Assembly (NCBI GenBank): GCA_043228905.1
Contig: JBHGNT010000017.1
Location: forward strand, 17,112,001-17,176,000
Source: Azolla caroliniana
Lineage: Eukaryota > Plantae > Polypodiophyta
Reading direction: 5' to 3'
Length of the DNA: 64,000 nucleotides
Position numbers and translations under genes: made by a program. Shown one piece after another: positions 23,426 to 37,648 of the stretch. A model generated the notes under the pieces. It made no database searches, was not told the origin of the DNA, and worked only from the letters and a program-made list of their open reading frames with translations. Within the stretch, counting starts at the first letter, position 1; each line of letters starts with the position of its first letter.

Positions 23426-26400
23426 TTACAGAATCTTTCTGCGCTTAAGGTGGTTGTACATTATAAAGAACAATATAATGCCCCCAAAGATGATGCCACC
23501 TGTGGTTATCCAGAAAGCAAACTGCAACCAAAATGATTTCATACAAAGATGTAAAAATATTTTAGATCCTCGTAGAAAATATATAATGAACAAACTATAT
23601 GGCATACCGTGCTTGTTTCAAGATAGGATTTGAGATTCATCCCAAATATGCCTGAAATGGTTACAAAAACAGAGATGAAGCTATATATCAACAATGATGC
23701 AAATAAAAATGTTAACCTTTTCATGGAAATAACCTGCAAAAAGAGCACCAAGGGCAGAACAAAATGTGCCCACTTGAAGCAAAAGCTCAAGCCTACTAAC
23801 TTCCAAGCGCCGGGAGCTGAACAAGATTCCTCCTTAATGCAAAGCAAATGATGACGATACTATCATTATAAACTGGTAATTGCACTTACCTGAGATTTAC
23901 TGCAATTGAATCTTCCATTTCTTTTGCAGAATCAAGAAGCCTCTCTGCTTGTCCATGACAAGATTCACATCTGTAAAATATATGGAACGTCTTAAAGAAA
24001 ATGATGAATCTCTATTAACTTTAAATATCACTATAGCAGACGCATCATTCAACTACCTTTGCAAATAGTTCTCCAAGAGCATCTCAATTTCTTCCTCTTC
24101 ATCTGAGTATCACAATCCGGCCGACAATTAGGATTCTTAATATTTTCTTGAAATGAACACCATCTTCAAGATCCATTACTGGATACAAAATGCAGTTACC
24201 ATCAGCTGAATGTTTGTCCGATGGAAAAACGCATTCAATAGACCCATCGTCCTTCTTTATGGTACACCTTCTACCCATTATTGTCATCCTTCGAATCTCT
24301 TGTGGGCTCTCCAAGAGCTCCAGTAACATTTGCCTCAAAGCACCTGATTTGGATCCTAGTTCAACCTATAAAACCCATGGTAAGCGAAATTCCCACACTA
24401 ATACAGTTAACAAAAATTGACTTACCAATCCCTGCTTGCTAAGACGAAGCTCTTCCAGAAAATTTGCAGTTAAACGATTTGGTAGAACTTCCAATAAAGT
24501 TAATACCTGCAGTAGTGCACTTCTGCTAACCTCATTCTTTAATACATGAAACCCCATTCATCTACTCAAGGATATGGGTAGAAAACAACAAAAAGAAAAA
24601 CAAATGCGTTATCTACACTGATTCCAGAAGTAAGCTTGTTTTGGAAGGTGGAGGAAGAAGATACCGAAGAAATGTAGACACAAATTTCACAGAGATAACA
24701 AGAATGGCAAGAACAAATAATTTCACATGCATGGAGTTAGACTGAGGATGACCCTTATGTAGCTTCTTTTTAAAGTAAAAGATCACCAAAAACATACATT
24801 GGGTTCTATTTCCATCAGCCTACGCTCAAGCCGTTGTGTTCGGGACAGAAGCGCCGTTTCCACCACCTGTATATATTCATATCACATAACAGCTATTCTA
24901 CCCATCATAACTATGAATCATTGATAATACGTTAGCATAAACCATTACCTCTAGTTCAAAAGGCATTGTTGGCACACCAGGATTTGACTCGGGTTTTAGA
25001 CGCTGAAGCAGCAGTTCTAAGAAAGCTACAGCACCGATACTGCATTGAAGTGTAAGTCAATTTTGACTGCAATAAGCATACCTTCAAGTTCCCCAACTCA
25101 AGGACCATAAACAGGAAAACTTTATATTTTAGGTTAAATCACAGACATTTTACCTTTTATGGTCAAATATTAGAACATTTTCTGGCGTCCCAATAGCACG
25201 TAGAGAACCAAGATTCAATAAAATAGCTTGATCTCGAACCTGGCAGAACAAATAATTGGCCAACATTTTATTCAAATGCTTCGATGTACACGAATGTACA
25301 ATTACAGAGATGATCTCGGAAACCTATAAAGAGAAGGAAAACTCACTAGTAGTGCTGGCGCTGAGTTAGTGATCCATAAGGACGGATCAACACTTCTGAT
25401 ATCTCGAAGTCTCAATCCTATCAGATTGATCAACGTACATGTTATTTTAGTATAAATGATTTAATAAGTTAATCAAAGTATTCCAAAATTTAGTAACCAA
25501 AACCAAGCCTTCTACATGTTTTTTAAATAACATAATTAAATTATAGTGAGCCTTGAGAAATCAAAATCTTAAATAATTTGCAATTTTAAAATCCATATTA
25601 CATCCAGGACATCCTTTTTATCACGTGAACTGAAGGCTCAAACCAGTTTGGCTTGGCTCGGTTCAGGCTTGAGCTTCCCGAACCAGTTTGAGCTTGGTTT
25701 GGCAAGGCTCAAGCCGAACTGAACCATTTTGGGCCAACATGGTTCCCGAACCGGTTAAGGCTTAATCAGTTTAGCCAAATCACTTCCTCACCCCGTTTAG
25801 GAACCGGTTCGGTTCAAGTTTGAAAACCTTCAAACCAGTTAAGGCTTAACCAGTTTGGTTTGGACAAGGCCAAACTGGTTAAGTCGAAACCGAACCATTG
25901 CCGATTCCTACTAGGAACAATAAATAGCTTTCTATTATGAACATGTAGTTAACACAACTTCCAGTAATTAATCGATCTAAATCCAGTATTATTTGACTTT
26001 TTGCTTACCTGGGTCCATGAGAAAGTATGGTGATGTAAAGATTTAAAAATTTGGGAGCAGTAGGGTTCAAACATGAAAATTTACCACTACTTTTTAGCAA
26101 TTGTCGTCGGCTAATGCTTTTTGTGAAAACAGCACCACCGGGTTTCACCTCCAAAACCTAGCAACAATTGAGCCAGAATTATTTAAAGTTCATGGGCAAA
26201 TGTCTAAAATAAAAGTGATCCATGTTTATATTTTGCTTAGACCAGCATTGGTAAATCCTTATTCAAATTTAAATATGTATTCATTATTGGTGGCTACAAT
26301 GTAGATAGTTCTATGTTGTAAATTATGTGGTAGGAAATTATCACTAAAGTTGTTAACGGTGAAAAATATGAGAACTGCATACATAGCTACTTCAACTGAG

Positions 26401-29400
26401 CCTTTGACGGAGAGAACCAAAACACAGACTATATTGATAATAAGATGCTCAAGCGTGATACCATGGGTAGGGTTTGATACAACACAAGCTAGAATTCATG
26501 TGTTCCAAAGTGAGAAATTATAGATACAACCCGAACATCATTACTTTATTCCTAACAAATGGGTCATGCAATCCAGTTCCGAATCCACTTCATCTTTTGT
26601 ATGGCAAACTCCTATGTCTTCCACATTGTTTGATTGATCAAATTCCTGCAAAATCCACCTTAATATAGCTAACTTCCATATCATCTGCCTTGCAGACTTC
26701 TACACCATCTGCTCACAGATTCCAATATCATTCAATTTCCCACACTACCACATCAGACATCTATAATTAATTTGGCCTTACTTTTCTTTGACTTCCCAAC
26801 TGTAGATGATTAAAGTAGGATGAGGTGGGTATATAAGAAAAGGCCACGGCTTTGGGAAAGTTTAAAATGGCAGCAGATGGTGGAGAACGGAACAAACCTG
26901 AAAGTGAAGTCCCACTGGATCAATCGCAGAGGAGAACTTCTCTCGAATAAGATAAGTATGTGTCATCAGAAGGAATCCAGAGGTAATCACTGTCTTATAC
27001 TCAAAAGAATGGAATAGCAGAACATCAGAATAAGACTACTGTAGAGATGGACCGACAATGGAGTGGAACTCCATGATTCTTTTTGGGCAAACGCGGTTAC
27101 ACACCTCAGTCATTATACTCAACTGGAGCCTCATATCGGCCGCGCCATGGATGACTCTGCTACAAGCATATTCAGGCAAGAAACCTTCTACCTTGCATTT
27201 ACATACATTCGTCTGTACATGCCAGGTGTATGTACCTGACAAATGTAGGACAAAGCTGGATGCCAAGAGCAGGAAGTGCATCTTCATTGGATACAGTCCA
27301 GAGTTTAAGGCCTACAGGTTTTATGATCTGACTGGAAAGATGAATGTACTCGGTTCGAGCATGGAATTTGATGAAGGCCCACGTATCTCAGAGAGGAAAA
27401 TAAACCATGGGGATAATTGTGGAGCATGTACAACAACCAAGGTATACACATTATGATCAGGCAATGGACCTATTGAGACCTGAACAACTCAATCCTGGCT
27501 TAGATGAAATGCCAATTCAGGAGCTAACAGATTGGCCCCAAGAATCTGAGTTGAATCCCTGGATTAAGAATCCAGCTGTAGATCAAGAATAATAGAGCAG
27601 GCATAGCCGAAGCAAGCATCAGATCAGAAATAAATCATACCACTTATGGCGGCGGTCTTTGACAATAACAAAGATTCAAGTTTTGTGGATGAGGCAATTG
27701 TAGATCAGCGAAGGAAGGAGGCTATGGAATCTAAGCTTAAGAGTGTAAGTGACAATCACACTCGGGACGTAGTGGATAGACCAAATAAGGTCATCGAAAC
27801 CTGAAGGGTTTGGAAGACTAAGTACAAAGTAAGACTCGTAGCAAAAGGGTATGGCCAGCAGAAGGGAGCAAACTTTGGGGAATCTTTTGCTCCAGCTACA
27901 AGGCTCCAAACAACCCAATTAGTCCTACCAGTATCTGTAGTTTGGAACTAACCAGCATACCAAATGAGCATCAAATTTGCATTTCTAAGAAGCTATCTCA
28001 AGGAGAAGGTAATTTTGGAACAACCATTGGTTTTTGAGCTACCCAATGTTATCCGTTCCTTTGGAAAACACCTTCGATGAGCCCACAGGCTATCGGTGTC
28101 AAGGGATCGTGTTACGTGGAAGCTTCTTCTACACAGGGAAAAAAAGAGGAGAACAAGGATCGTACACGGGCTACAACCCGTTAAGTATGAACGTAGCCCG
28201 ATTTACGAGTACGGGGAGAATACACAGATAGAAGTTTAGAAAAGACGAAACTTATATTCAATGATAAAGCTTATAGCGATTACAGTACTCGGCCTCAGCC
28301 GGAAACAGTATGTACAGAGCTTGCTCCTATAATATTACTCTCGCTCAGAATGATCTAGGTATCACCCCTGCCGAGGTACTCAGACCTCGGTTTATATACT
28401 TTTTCTTCATACAAAGCCGAGCCGTCGGCTTACTGTGAGGCTCGAAACTCGGCGTTTTCCTAAACTCTACCTTCCTCACCTACTCTTCTACTTAACGGCG
28501 AGTTTACATCATATATTTATTTTTCTGGCCTATGGACAACACCCCATTCAGAAAACAAGGTCTTAAGTCTGCAATATGCTTTGTATGGTCAGATCCAATC
28601 ACCATGGGCTTGGTATGAGCAGATTGATGGATACGTTGTGAGAAGCGGATTTAGGAGATTTCCGGTGGATGCAATTCTCTACCTCAATACAGAAGCGGAG
28701 CAAATAGTGATCCTAATTATGTGTGAAAAATCCTGTTCGCTTGGACGGTACTGCAGAGCACTTGGATCTGATTAAGCAAAAGTGGGTTCCGAGTTCAAGA
28801 TGACAGATATGGATCTGTTGCACTTCAGTCTGAATCTAGAGGTGTATCAAAAAGAAAGGGAAATATTTGTTTCCCAAATCCAATATGCCTGTTAATTCTC
28901 AAGGTGTTAAGGATGGATGACTAAAAGTCCTTTTTCATACAGTGAAAGTCAACATGAAGCTACTGAAGGCTGGGGGCATAAGGTTGGATAGAGCAGATAG
29001 ATGCCGAACTCTAGTCAAGAGTATCTTACATGTGTAACGTAAGACCAGAATTAGTCTACAGGATGGGAGTGTTGGCAAAGCTCACAGCGGATCCAAAGAA
29101 AAGCCATTGGCATGGATGCGTACTCTTAAGGCACCAGAAGGGGGTACAATTAGATACAATATCAAATTTGGCCAAAGGATGAATCTGATTGGATATTGTA
29201 ACTCCAACTGGGCTGGGAATCCAAAGGATAGAAGCATGGATCAACACTAGAGAAAACTTCGCTCTATCAACCTCATGCAGAAAAGTCCTCCAGTGCTTCT
29301 TTCCTAGTATGTACGCTTCATACTTCCTATCTAGCTACTGTCATAACCCATCTGCATCAGCTCCTCTTGGAGTAACAAAGAGAAGTCTTCAAATCATATC

Positions 29401-31888
29401 AAAATTTATCGTTATACATCATTCTTTGAGGATAATGCATGGATACATTTCCGCACCAGCTCGACACCTGACTTTGCCACTCTCACAGTGGCTAACTGAT
29501 TTCAGATATGTTTTATCCTTGTGATAAATCCTTCACCTTTTCTCCTTCCTCCATTTGCTCGTTGGCCAACAGACTTTCCTGGCTTTGACTCCTAGTCTCA
29601 TTCTGCATCTCATTGTTATGTTAACATTCTCCAGGTGTCTACCGCATTTGTTGTGTGCCAGATCAGAGTCAGCCACAAAGCCAGATTTACCCACCATGGC
29701 TGCATATAGGACATTCACGTTTTACCTCATCCGAGCTTGCACATCCATTGCAGGTGGGAGAGTAAAATCAACGGATTATTTGGATCTATGGCTCCCACAA
29801 TCTCTGCATCCAAACAAGCACAATGTCCATGAGCTCATAATGATTCAACACAATAGCCACCTTGAACTTCCACAAAGCCTAGTTTGTTCCATCTAGATTC
29901 CCCTAAATCATTACCTATATCTATGACCTCAAACTGGTACGGACCATCCACTACTTGCACTTGTTAACATATCTGTTGTGCTGACTGAGCAACCACCAAA
30001 TTTATTTTAAACACCTCCCTCTACAACTATCTCATCCTCCACAGTTTTGTTCCAATAACAAGTGTAGAAGCTCAAAGCTTTGCTACCATGTTTAACATGT
30101 GTGGGAAGTATGAGGAATGTGCAACAGATACAACGGAGAGAGAAGAAATACATGTTATATTGATAACAGGGGCTTAAGCACAACTATAATGGGTAGGGTT
30201 TGATACAAGAACAGCTATAATTCATGTGCTCCTAAATGAGCAGATACACATACAATGTAGTGGGTGTAATGAGGAGATCAACCCTAGAATGTTAACCTAA
30301 AGGTTAACCCATCTACCAGATTAATGTGCCCCCCCTTTTGTTTACCACATATATAACGGTTGTTGGCATTTGTTCACACTACCAGAAATATCACCTAAAC
30401 TCTATAGTATTGTAGATTTTTCATTGCCCTCTGTATGGACTCCTTTCAGTATTATGATGAATGACCAAAATAGTACACCAAATCATTTTCGTTTCATTCT
30501 CCACAAAACAATTCTTCACCAAACAGTGTTATTGCCAACACTTAATGTTTCATTAAATGATCAAAAGCTTCACGATTGACTCGCTTGATTTCCTCAGAAA
30601 TGAGATGCACATTGGCACCTGCCATCATCCTATAATTTACCATTCAATATATCACATGACTCCATATGCATTACATAAAGCCGTAACAACTTGTGTGAAG
30701 AAATGAATCAATAATTTGAGGCTTGATATCATGCATACCCCCGGAAACAACAAGATTAACTATATTGATCACTAAATGTCTCTATTGGAAACAATGAGAG
30801 GGAAAAATTAATATTAGAATATCATCTCACCTCTAAAACAATGTTGGATTGGTATTCCTCTTCGATGAACTTCTTCCACGTATCAAGATACTTCTTTTCA
30901 AATATATGATTACATATGTAGCTCCATACATGTGATTATGTACGTCTTTCTATACATGCGGTTACATATTTCTCTCTAAATATATGATTGCATACTTATT
31001 CACATATATTCTCAGATGTCTATTTAATGATTCATTTGTAGTATTCAAATTCTCCGCTAAACCAGAAGACTGGGCAGTATCAGAAGTAACAGAGAGAAAC
31101 CTCTCTACTTTTTCTATCTAACAAAAGATATGCACAGGGATTCATTACATACCAGTGGTTATTACCTCATAGATTGGCTCCTTTAAGAGAATCCCTGTAT
31201 CCGACGATGATGAACTCTCACTGCTTTTCCGTTCCACATCCACTTTGAAGTCAGATTGAACAACGTCTTCCTCCCCTTCGACTGCAACGAATTCTCCCAC
31301 ACTGTACAGCTGGTCTGTTTCACCATATTCATTCTTTGAGATGTTGTCTCTTTGAAGAAAATCTCCACTTCCTTTCCTATCCTCAGCAGTTTCCAGCCAC
31401 AGGCTTTGCGTTTCTTTCCCAAACACTCCTACACCGCCACCAATGAGCTGTGCGGAAGGTTCTTTTTCTTCTTTGCCAATAGAGAAGGAAGAATCGTCTG
31501 TGGAGCTGTGGCAAGAAACGCGTTTCCTTTCGGGAGAAACTGTGGTGGAAAGAGCGTTCAACAGATCAACGAGCGACGGCGATTGTGAGATAGAACCGTT
31601 CTCCTTCCTGCTCCCATATTTTCCATGGATGTAAGACCTCGAACCGAAGCTTGATATCCTCTTGATGTGGTGCGAAGCTGAGATATAGCGGAATGCACAG
31701 AAGTGGTGGGAATTGGGGCGTTTCCTGCACAGAAGAGAGAACTCGATCTCTGATGCGCAGAAAGATGGAGGAAGAAGCGAATTGATGAGAGAATTCGAGG
31801 AGGGGGCGGAAGAAGAAGAGGGAGAGGGAGAAGACGAGGAGGGGGAGAAGAAGAAGGATCGATCCAGAGACGCCATCGCGGTTGCCAT
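23426..31888 (-). CDS. MRS2-11: Chloroplast magnesium transporter MRS2-11/MGT10 (CorA/MRS2 family), ~569 aa, 13 exons
   Basis: Exons (minus): 31888-31166, 26157-26085, 25417-25347, 25239-25154, 25039-24949, 24866-24798, 24506-24426, 24365-24200, 24102-24057, 23970-23890, 23816-23734, 23651-23608, 23521-23426. All are GT-AG with consistent phases. Motifs EPIYEV, RRQLLKSSGLRLRDIRSVDPSL, MPFELEVVE, LLEVLPNRLT, EIEMLLENYLQRCESCHGQAERLLDSAKEMEDSIAVNLSSRRLE and GIFGMNL. Ser-rich transit-peptide-like N-terminus. Confidence 0.96.
25625..25912. mobile_element. MITE-like / non-autonomous DNA-transposon remnant in MRS2-11 intron 2
   Basis: Dense inverted AACCGAACC/GGTTCGGTT and AACCAGTTT motifs typical of DNA-transposon subterminal repeats. 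TIR/TSD not resolved. Similar motif-rich sequence lies at ~1850-2190. Confidence 0.45.
26790..29290 (+). mobile_element. Highly degenerate Ty1/Copia pol remnant in MRS2-11 intron 1
   Basis: Fragments VYVPDKCRTKLDAKSRKCIFIGYSPEFKAYRFYD, YKVRLVAKGYGQ, ALYGQIQSPWAWY, EFKMTDMDLLHF and IGYCNSNWAG. Confidence 0.85.
28047..28541 (-). mobile_element. Solo LTR nested in the intronic Copia remnant
   Basis: TGTTATCCGT...ATGGACAACA imperfect inverted ends, flanked by CCCAA/CCCCA (5-bp TSD with 1 mismatch). It interrupts RT-coding sequence. Orientation inferred from a minus-strand TATA-like GTATATAAA. Confidence 0.7.
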
Positions 31889-31894
31889 GAAGAA

Positions 31895-31960
31895 TTAAGC
31901 GGAGGAACAGGGGGGGGAGAGCAGGCAGGGAGGGTGTGGATGAGGGAGATGAGACGCCAT
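31895..31960 (-). promoter_or_regulatory. Upstream ORF (21 aa, MASHLPHPHPPCLLSPPCSSA*) in frame with MRS2-11
   Basis: ATG at 31960 in a GCT-ATG-GCG context, TAA at 31897-31895, then TTC TTC and the main ATG at 31888. Whether it lies in the mRNA is unproven. Confidence 0.5.
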
Positions 31961-34900
31961 AGCTCGCTATCTCTGTACTCTACTGAACTGGCGAAGAAGA
32001 AGAAGAAGAACGAATGCACGAATGCACGAATGAACGAATGAAGATGAAGGAATGAAGGAAAATCTCGTTATGTGAACATAGGCTTCTAGTTCTTCCTATT
32101 TACAAAAATAGTCCCCTCTTCTTTTTTTCTCTTCTCTCTTTGGTTTTTGTTTTTTTTGTTCTATTTCCGACCTCCCCCTCCAGTTCTCTCTGTTCTCTCC
32201 TGTGTGCTCTAGCCTCTCTGCTCCGATATGAGCTCCTAAAAGCCTCTCAAATGACCACTCCCTATGTTCTCTGATCTCTACTCTCAGCTCCGAACATGAG
32301 CTCCTAAAACACCTCTCGAATGACTCTCTCCGTTCGCATCTGTGCCTTTGCGCACACGCACATGCCACGCCTTGAGCTCCTAAGTGAAGAGATCGGAATG
32401 TTCGTCTACCTCCTTGGTTATCACCCACCGGAACTCCTACGCATTACGAGCATAAAGCTTTTTTATCGTTGTCCTTCTGATATTCACCAACACATAACCA
32501 CTGGATTTTTTCTAGGAATAGCGGAGGACGATAAACGTAGACAAGCATGCACCACTTGCTCGGCCTCTCCCTTGTTGAAGCAAAAAACTAAAGACCAACC
32601 AACCCCCCTTGGATACTGGGTTTCAAAGTCACTCATCAAGTAGAAGCAATTAAGAAACTAAGGGAACGTGAGTTACCACACTCACATCAAAACCCTTCAA
32701 CACCCCATTCCTTTTTAAGAGACTTGGATGGTAACGAAACTTGTCTCAACACATAGTCATTTCCTTTATACAACATGCTACACCCCATAACATTCTTATA
32801 CCACGTTAAAACTCATTTATTTATGTTATTGATGATTTGGTACACATCCCATTGTTGTAATCAATTGTCTTATGGGTCAAATTCGGTCTTAGAAGACGTT
32901 AATATATCTTTCTTTCTTTCTTTTTTATCCACGCTTTGCAATGAACTTTCGATTTGTCTAGAATCCAAAAATCTAAGAACTCCCTTCCAACCTACAAAGC
33001 AATTCAAATTATGAATGTGATGATCTCTCGCCTCTCACAATTGTCAAAATCGCCTGAAAAGAAATACTTTTGACGTTGTTATATATTCCTCACACTCTAA
33101 CTTGTGAATCGTATGTAAAGGCCTTTCTCATACTCCACGTAAACCATAGCCCCCAATACCTCAAGCACGCCAAAATATTTTGGAATTGGGGCATCACTCC
33201 ACTCAACTCCATTTATGCAAAAACCTAATTGAATGGAACCATAAGGGGCAACCATAAAGGGCAATTCAAGTAATCAGCTAATTAAAAGGAAAACAATGAC
33301 TTATTTTCTTCTCTACAAAGTGAGAAATGAAGGAGACAAACGACAATATTTCAAGAAGATTGTATGAATCCATGTATCCATCTATAGATATTGGAGAAAG
33401 TAAAACATTTTCAAGTTCCATGGAAATTGTAAAATTTATGATTCTAATTCTCTGATATTAAAGAAGTAGGATGTATCTTTGTCAAAGTATATTTATTGTC
33501 TATTTCTTCAACATCTGATTCCCTTACCTTATGAAAAAGTGATTGCCTTATCTTATTTAAATAGACTCCACCCCTCCATACTCTTTTGATCACTTTCCTT
33601 TTCGTAAAGGTTGTACATATTTTATAACAACACGACAATACCATCATCCCTTGTTGACCCTATTGCAATCACGACAATATTTGTTGTAAGATAAACACTT
33701 TAAGATATGACATTTATTTGTCTCTAAAGCATTAATATATTGATTAATGTTTGAACGTTTAAGTATTTGTCCCTAAAGTGTTGGATGGGCAGTGGAAAAG
33801 TAGAAAATGCACTTCTATCACAATTGATCTCTTATAATGGACAAAGTCACACAGTTAACATTGGATAGTAACTATCATATATCAAACTATGAAACAAGGT
33901 TTTCAATATGATTGGCCCCTAAACCCTAAACCTTTTCTCGTCGGAGGTCAAATGTCAAGTAAATGGGAAGAGAGAGATGGATGGATTATATTATTGTCTT
34001 CGGAGGTCAAATATGACCTATGAGACCAAAAATATTACATTTCACGTGATACGTGTGAAACTGAGTAGCGACTCTCGATGTTCAAGAACTTGACCAACGA
34101 ATGTTGCAATCGAGAGTGCACATTGTGGTTGTGAGAGAAATTCGTGCAAGGATTGCACTTGGTTGGAGATGTGTGGAAAGCATGGTCGAATATGATCAAA
34201 GGCAGAGCATTGTATCAAAGTGTGATACTCAAACTATCGAACTTGTTCAGGGCAAAGTGTGCATAGTCGACCACTCTCATCACTTGTGCCCCAACGCCTC
34301 GTCTCACATTGCAATGCATGTGGGCTAACTTGCATGGAAGCAATGGTTTGAATGGTAGACAATGGGATGGGCTCTAACATGTATCGTGTGTGCGGTTTCC
34401 CCGTTCTTCAAAGAATATGGTTTTGTAGTTAGGTGCAACATGTGTAGTATATGTGTGAAGTGTGAGCCTCCACGTTTTTCCCATGTCATGATACATTGGC
34501 ATTGCAAAAAGGCCTCATATACATAGGAATCTAGTGATGCATCATGAAGCAAATATGTTGCATCCTATCTACCAAACCACTTTTTCATATCTTGAATCCA
34601 ACCGGAACACAAAAATTTGCTTTTATGTGTCTTCGGGATCTTTTTGCTTGCTTCCCATAAGATTCTAGGAAGTCAATGTGAGGGACTTTTTTGAACATTA
34701 AGCACGTATTCAACGACCCTTTGCATGACCATGATTTCAATAGGAAGTGATATTGTCTCAAGGAGGAGGAGGATGTGTGGTGTTTGTTTCTTAACTTGTA
34801 GAAACTTTGTAAGAAAATGTTTGTGGACATTTTCAAAACTCTTTCCAAGTAGATCTAGGGATGCTACCACCCCATACTTCCACCGCATAGAGAAGCACCA

Positions 34901-36725
34901 GTGTCACCAAAGTGTCGAAAAGGTATTTCTTGAGGACCCAACACTTAATATCTTCCATGATTGCATGTGTTCTCAAATGCATAATATGCTTACTTTCCCG
35001 CCTCTAAGTGGGGTGTAGCACATTCATTCCATCTATGATTGGAAGGAACTTCAAGACCAAGATATTTGAAACTTTCCACACACTCAAATGGCTCATTATT
35101 GTACATAATTCATGGCTTATCTTTTTTTTGGCTCTTCACAAGCATAATCTTTGTTTTAGAGTTGTTGACACTTAATTTAATATGCATGCAAAAAATTTCC
35201 AATACCATCATAAGCTTTTCTGCATCTCCTAAAGTATTTGCAAAAAACACTACATCATCTCCATATAGCAAAAGCATAATCACAACATTCCCAATGGCAA
35301 CTTCTTCAACACATTCTTCCTTTGCAAACTTGGTAACCATTTCTTCTAATTCATCAATGCATAGACTAAATAGTGTTGGTGAGAGTGGGCATCATTGCTT
35401 AACACCAATAGTGCTTTAAAAAAAATCTGAATGTGTATCTCTCATATGCACACAACATATAACCTTCTCATAAATTTGGGAAATTACAAGCATATATTCA
35501 CTTGGCACCTTAAGTTCTTCCATTTGCCTCCAAAGATGCTCATGAGGTACCATATCAAAAGCTTTCTTAAAGTCTACGAATCAACAATATAAACCTTTAC
35601 CTCCAAGGCAACTTTCCCCCATTAATACTTGAAGGGTGACACGGTGATCAATGGTGCTATGGTGTTTTCAAAAGCCAACTTGTCCATAAACTCTCTTACC
35701 ATTTTTTTCAGCTCATGCACTTATCTTTGATTCCATTACACATCCAAATAGTTTTGCCATTAGTGAGCCAACCATGATGGTTCGATTGTTGTTTACTTTA
35801 TTTACATCTCCACCTTCATGTAAAGGTTTGATCCAATTTGTAGTTCAATCATACGACATACCATGTTGCAATGCATGATTAAACATATTGTTTATCCATG
35901 CATGTGCTTCCTTTTCCGTCCATTTGAGCATTTCAGTCTTTATACATTGAAGCTCACTTGCCTTTCGAGAGGTCAATTTCTTAAGTCTTATGCATATATC
36001 TTCAATTGTAAAGAAGGGAGACATATATGAAAGAGAACAACACATCATCTTTCTAACAAGAGATAGCTCATATAGATTTTTACAAAGCATAGACCAGTCA
36101 AGAAGAGTTAAGTCACCATAATTCTCAACGCTAGATTTCCCCACAATTTAGCACATGCATGCGCTTTCTCTTACGTTTGGTGAAATTGTTGCCCATATTC
36201 TTCTCTTTCTTTGAATAAGCCTTTTGTACTCATGCAAATGCTCTTGTACTCATGCAAATCCTTAACTACATCCAAAATCATAAGACACTTTTGAGCATCA
36301 TGACATTCTTTATCAAACCATGTTTTCTTTGAACTACATTTCTTGATGCATTTCCAATCTTTGTGCTTGGTCGAAGAACATTTGTTTGTGCAAATAATGA
36401 CTTTCTTAAAAACTTCCCATTTGCATTCTAGTATGGCACCATGTTGTATCTTTATCATTTGTAACATATAGTCAACGATCTTGGAATACATGGGCACTCG
36501 CTTAAGGTTCATCCTCAAGTGGGTTGTTTATTATCTTCAACGGCCTTTTCACAATCAAACCTATGTATACATTTAAGGTCAATACATAAAGCCCTATGAT
36601 CATATTTTGGTGTCCATTCACAAAGTGAGAATTGTATACAAAATTTATGTATACAATCCAAAAGACCTTCAAAAAGTAGCACATAGTAAGTAAATCACAC
36701 TATTTTCATCATGTTTTCTACATGT

Positions 36726-37182
36726 TGTCATGATGACACTCACATCATGCCTCAAAAGGATTTGAACCCACAACCTTCTTATACACATATCAAATCCTTA
36801 ACCATTGTAATAACATGTTTATTTGTATGGTTTTTGGAATATATAATCTAATATCATAAGAATATTCTATATTACTTTATATTCTAGAATGTCCTAGAGT
36901 GTTCTATATGCTAGAACCTTCTAGACTACTAGATTACTCTATATTCTAGAATGTCCTAGAATATTCTAGAGTAATCTATATTACTCTATAGGGACTTATA
37001 AATAGGGATTTATCAATCCTCCAAAAACCAAATTGGTTCAACGTCATCCTATAACTCCCTACTGTCTACTCTTTGTACTCCATCTTATATTGCAATACAA
37101 TACTTTCTTTTCAATTCTCTCTTTCTATCTTAACAATGTATCTCTTTTCCTCTCTTTCTCTCTCTTTCTTTTTGTCTTGACA
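36726..37182 (+). mobile_element. Solo LTR (457 bp) inserted in the LINE
   Basis: Ends TGTCATGA...TCTTGACA, TSD CATGT/CGTGT, internal TATAAATA and repeated TTCTAGA motifs. Confidence 0.82.
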
Positions 37183-37648
37183 CGTGTAAAATCATTAGTG
37201 TTGGGTCATAAGAAGACACCATTTGCAATAAGCAATTCGGTACTATTGCACATTTGTAGGAGTAACTTCCCAATTTGGTCTAGATCTTTTTCATCACTAG
37301 AAAGAGTGGTTATACATTTGTATATCCTCTTACATCATTGAGATATATGGCATGAAAGATTGTTGTGAATCAAGTTGGAAACTTATTGTACGGGCATTCA
37401 TGTCACCAAAGACAATAACTTCCCCTTTGGATTTGAAATAAGCAATATCATCTTCCAGATTAGCAAAAGGTTGATCTTTATCCAAACAAACATAAAAGTT
37501 AGAAGCTTGATGATGAATATAACATCCTACTACAAAAGTGGGAAAATCATTAGGTGTTTCTATTTTGAGCCATATGTAGCATTTATGTTCATCATTTTTT
37601 ATGATTGACACATATTTCTCTATTTCCTTCTTAATCAAACATGCCACC

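Noticed and set aside
30830-30900. Candidate MRS2-11 exon 2
   Set aside because: It has a good donor but no similarity to the family. The true exon 2 (VLEVKPGG...RRQLLKSS) is at 26157-26085.
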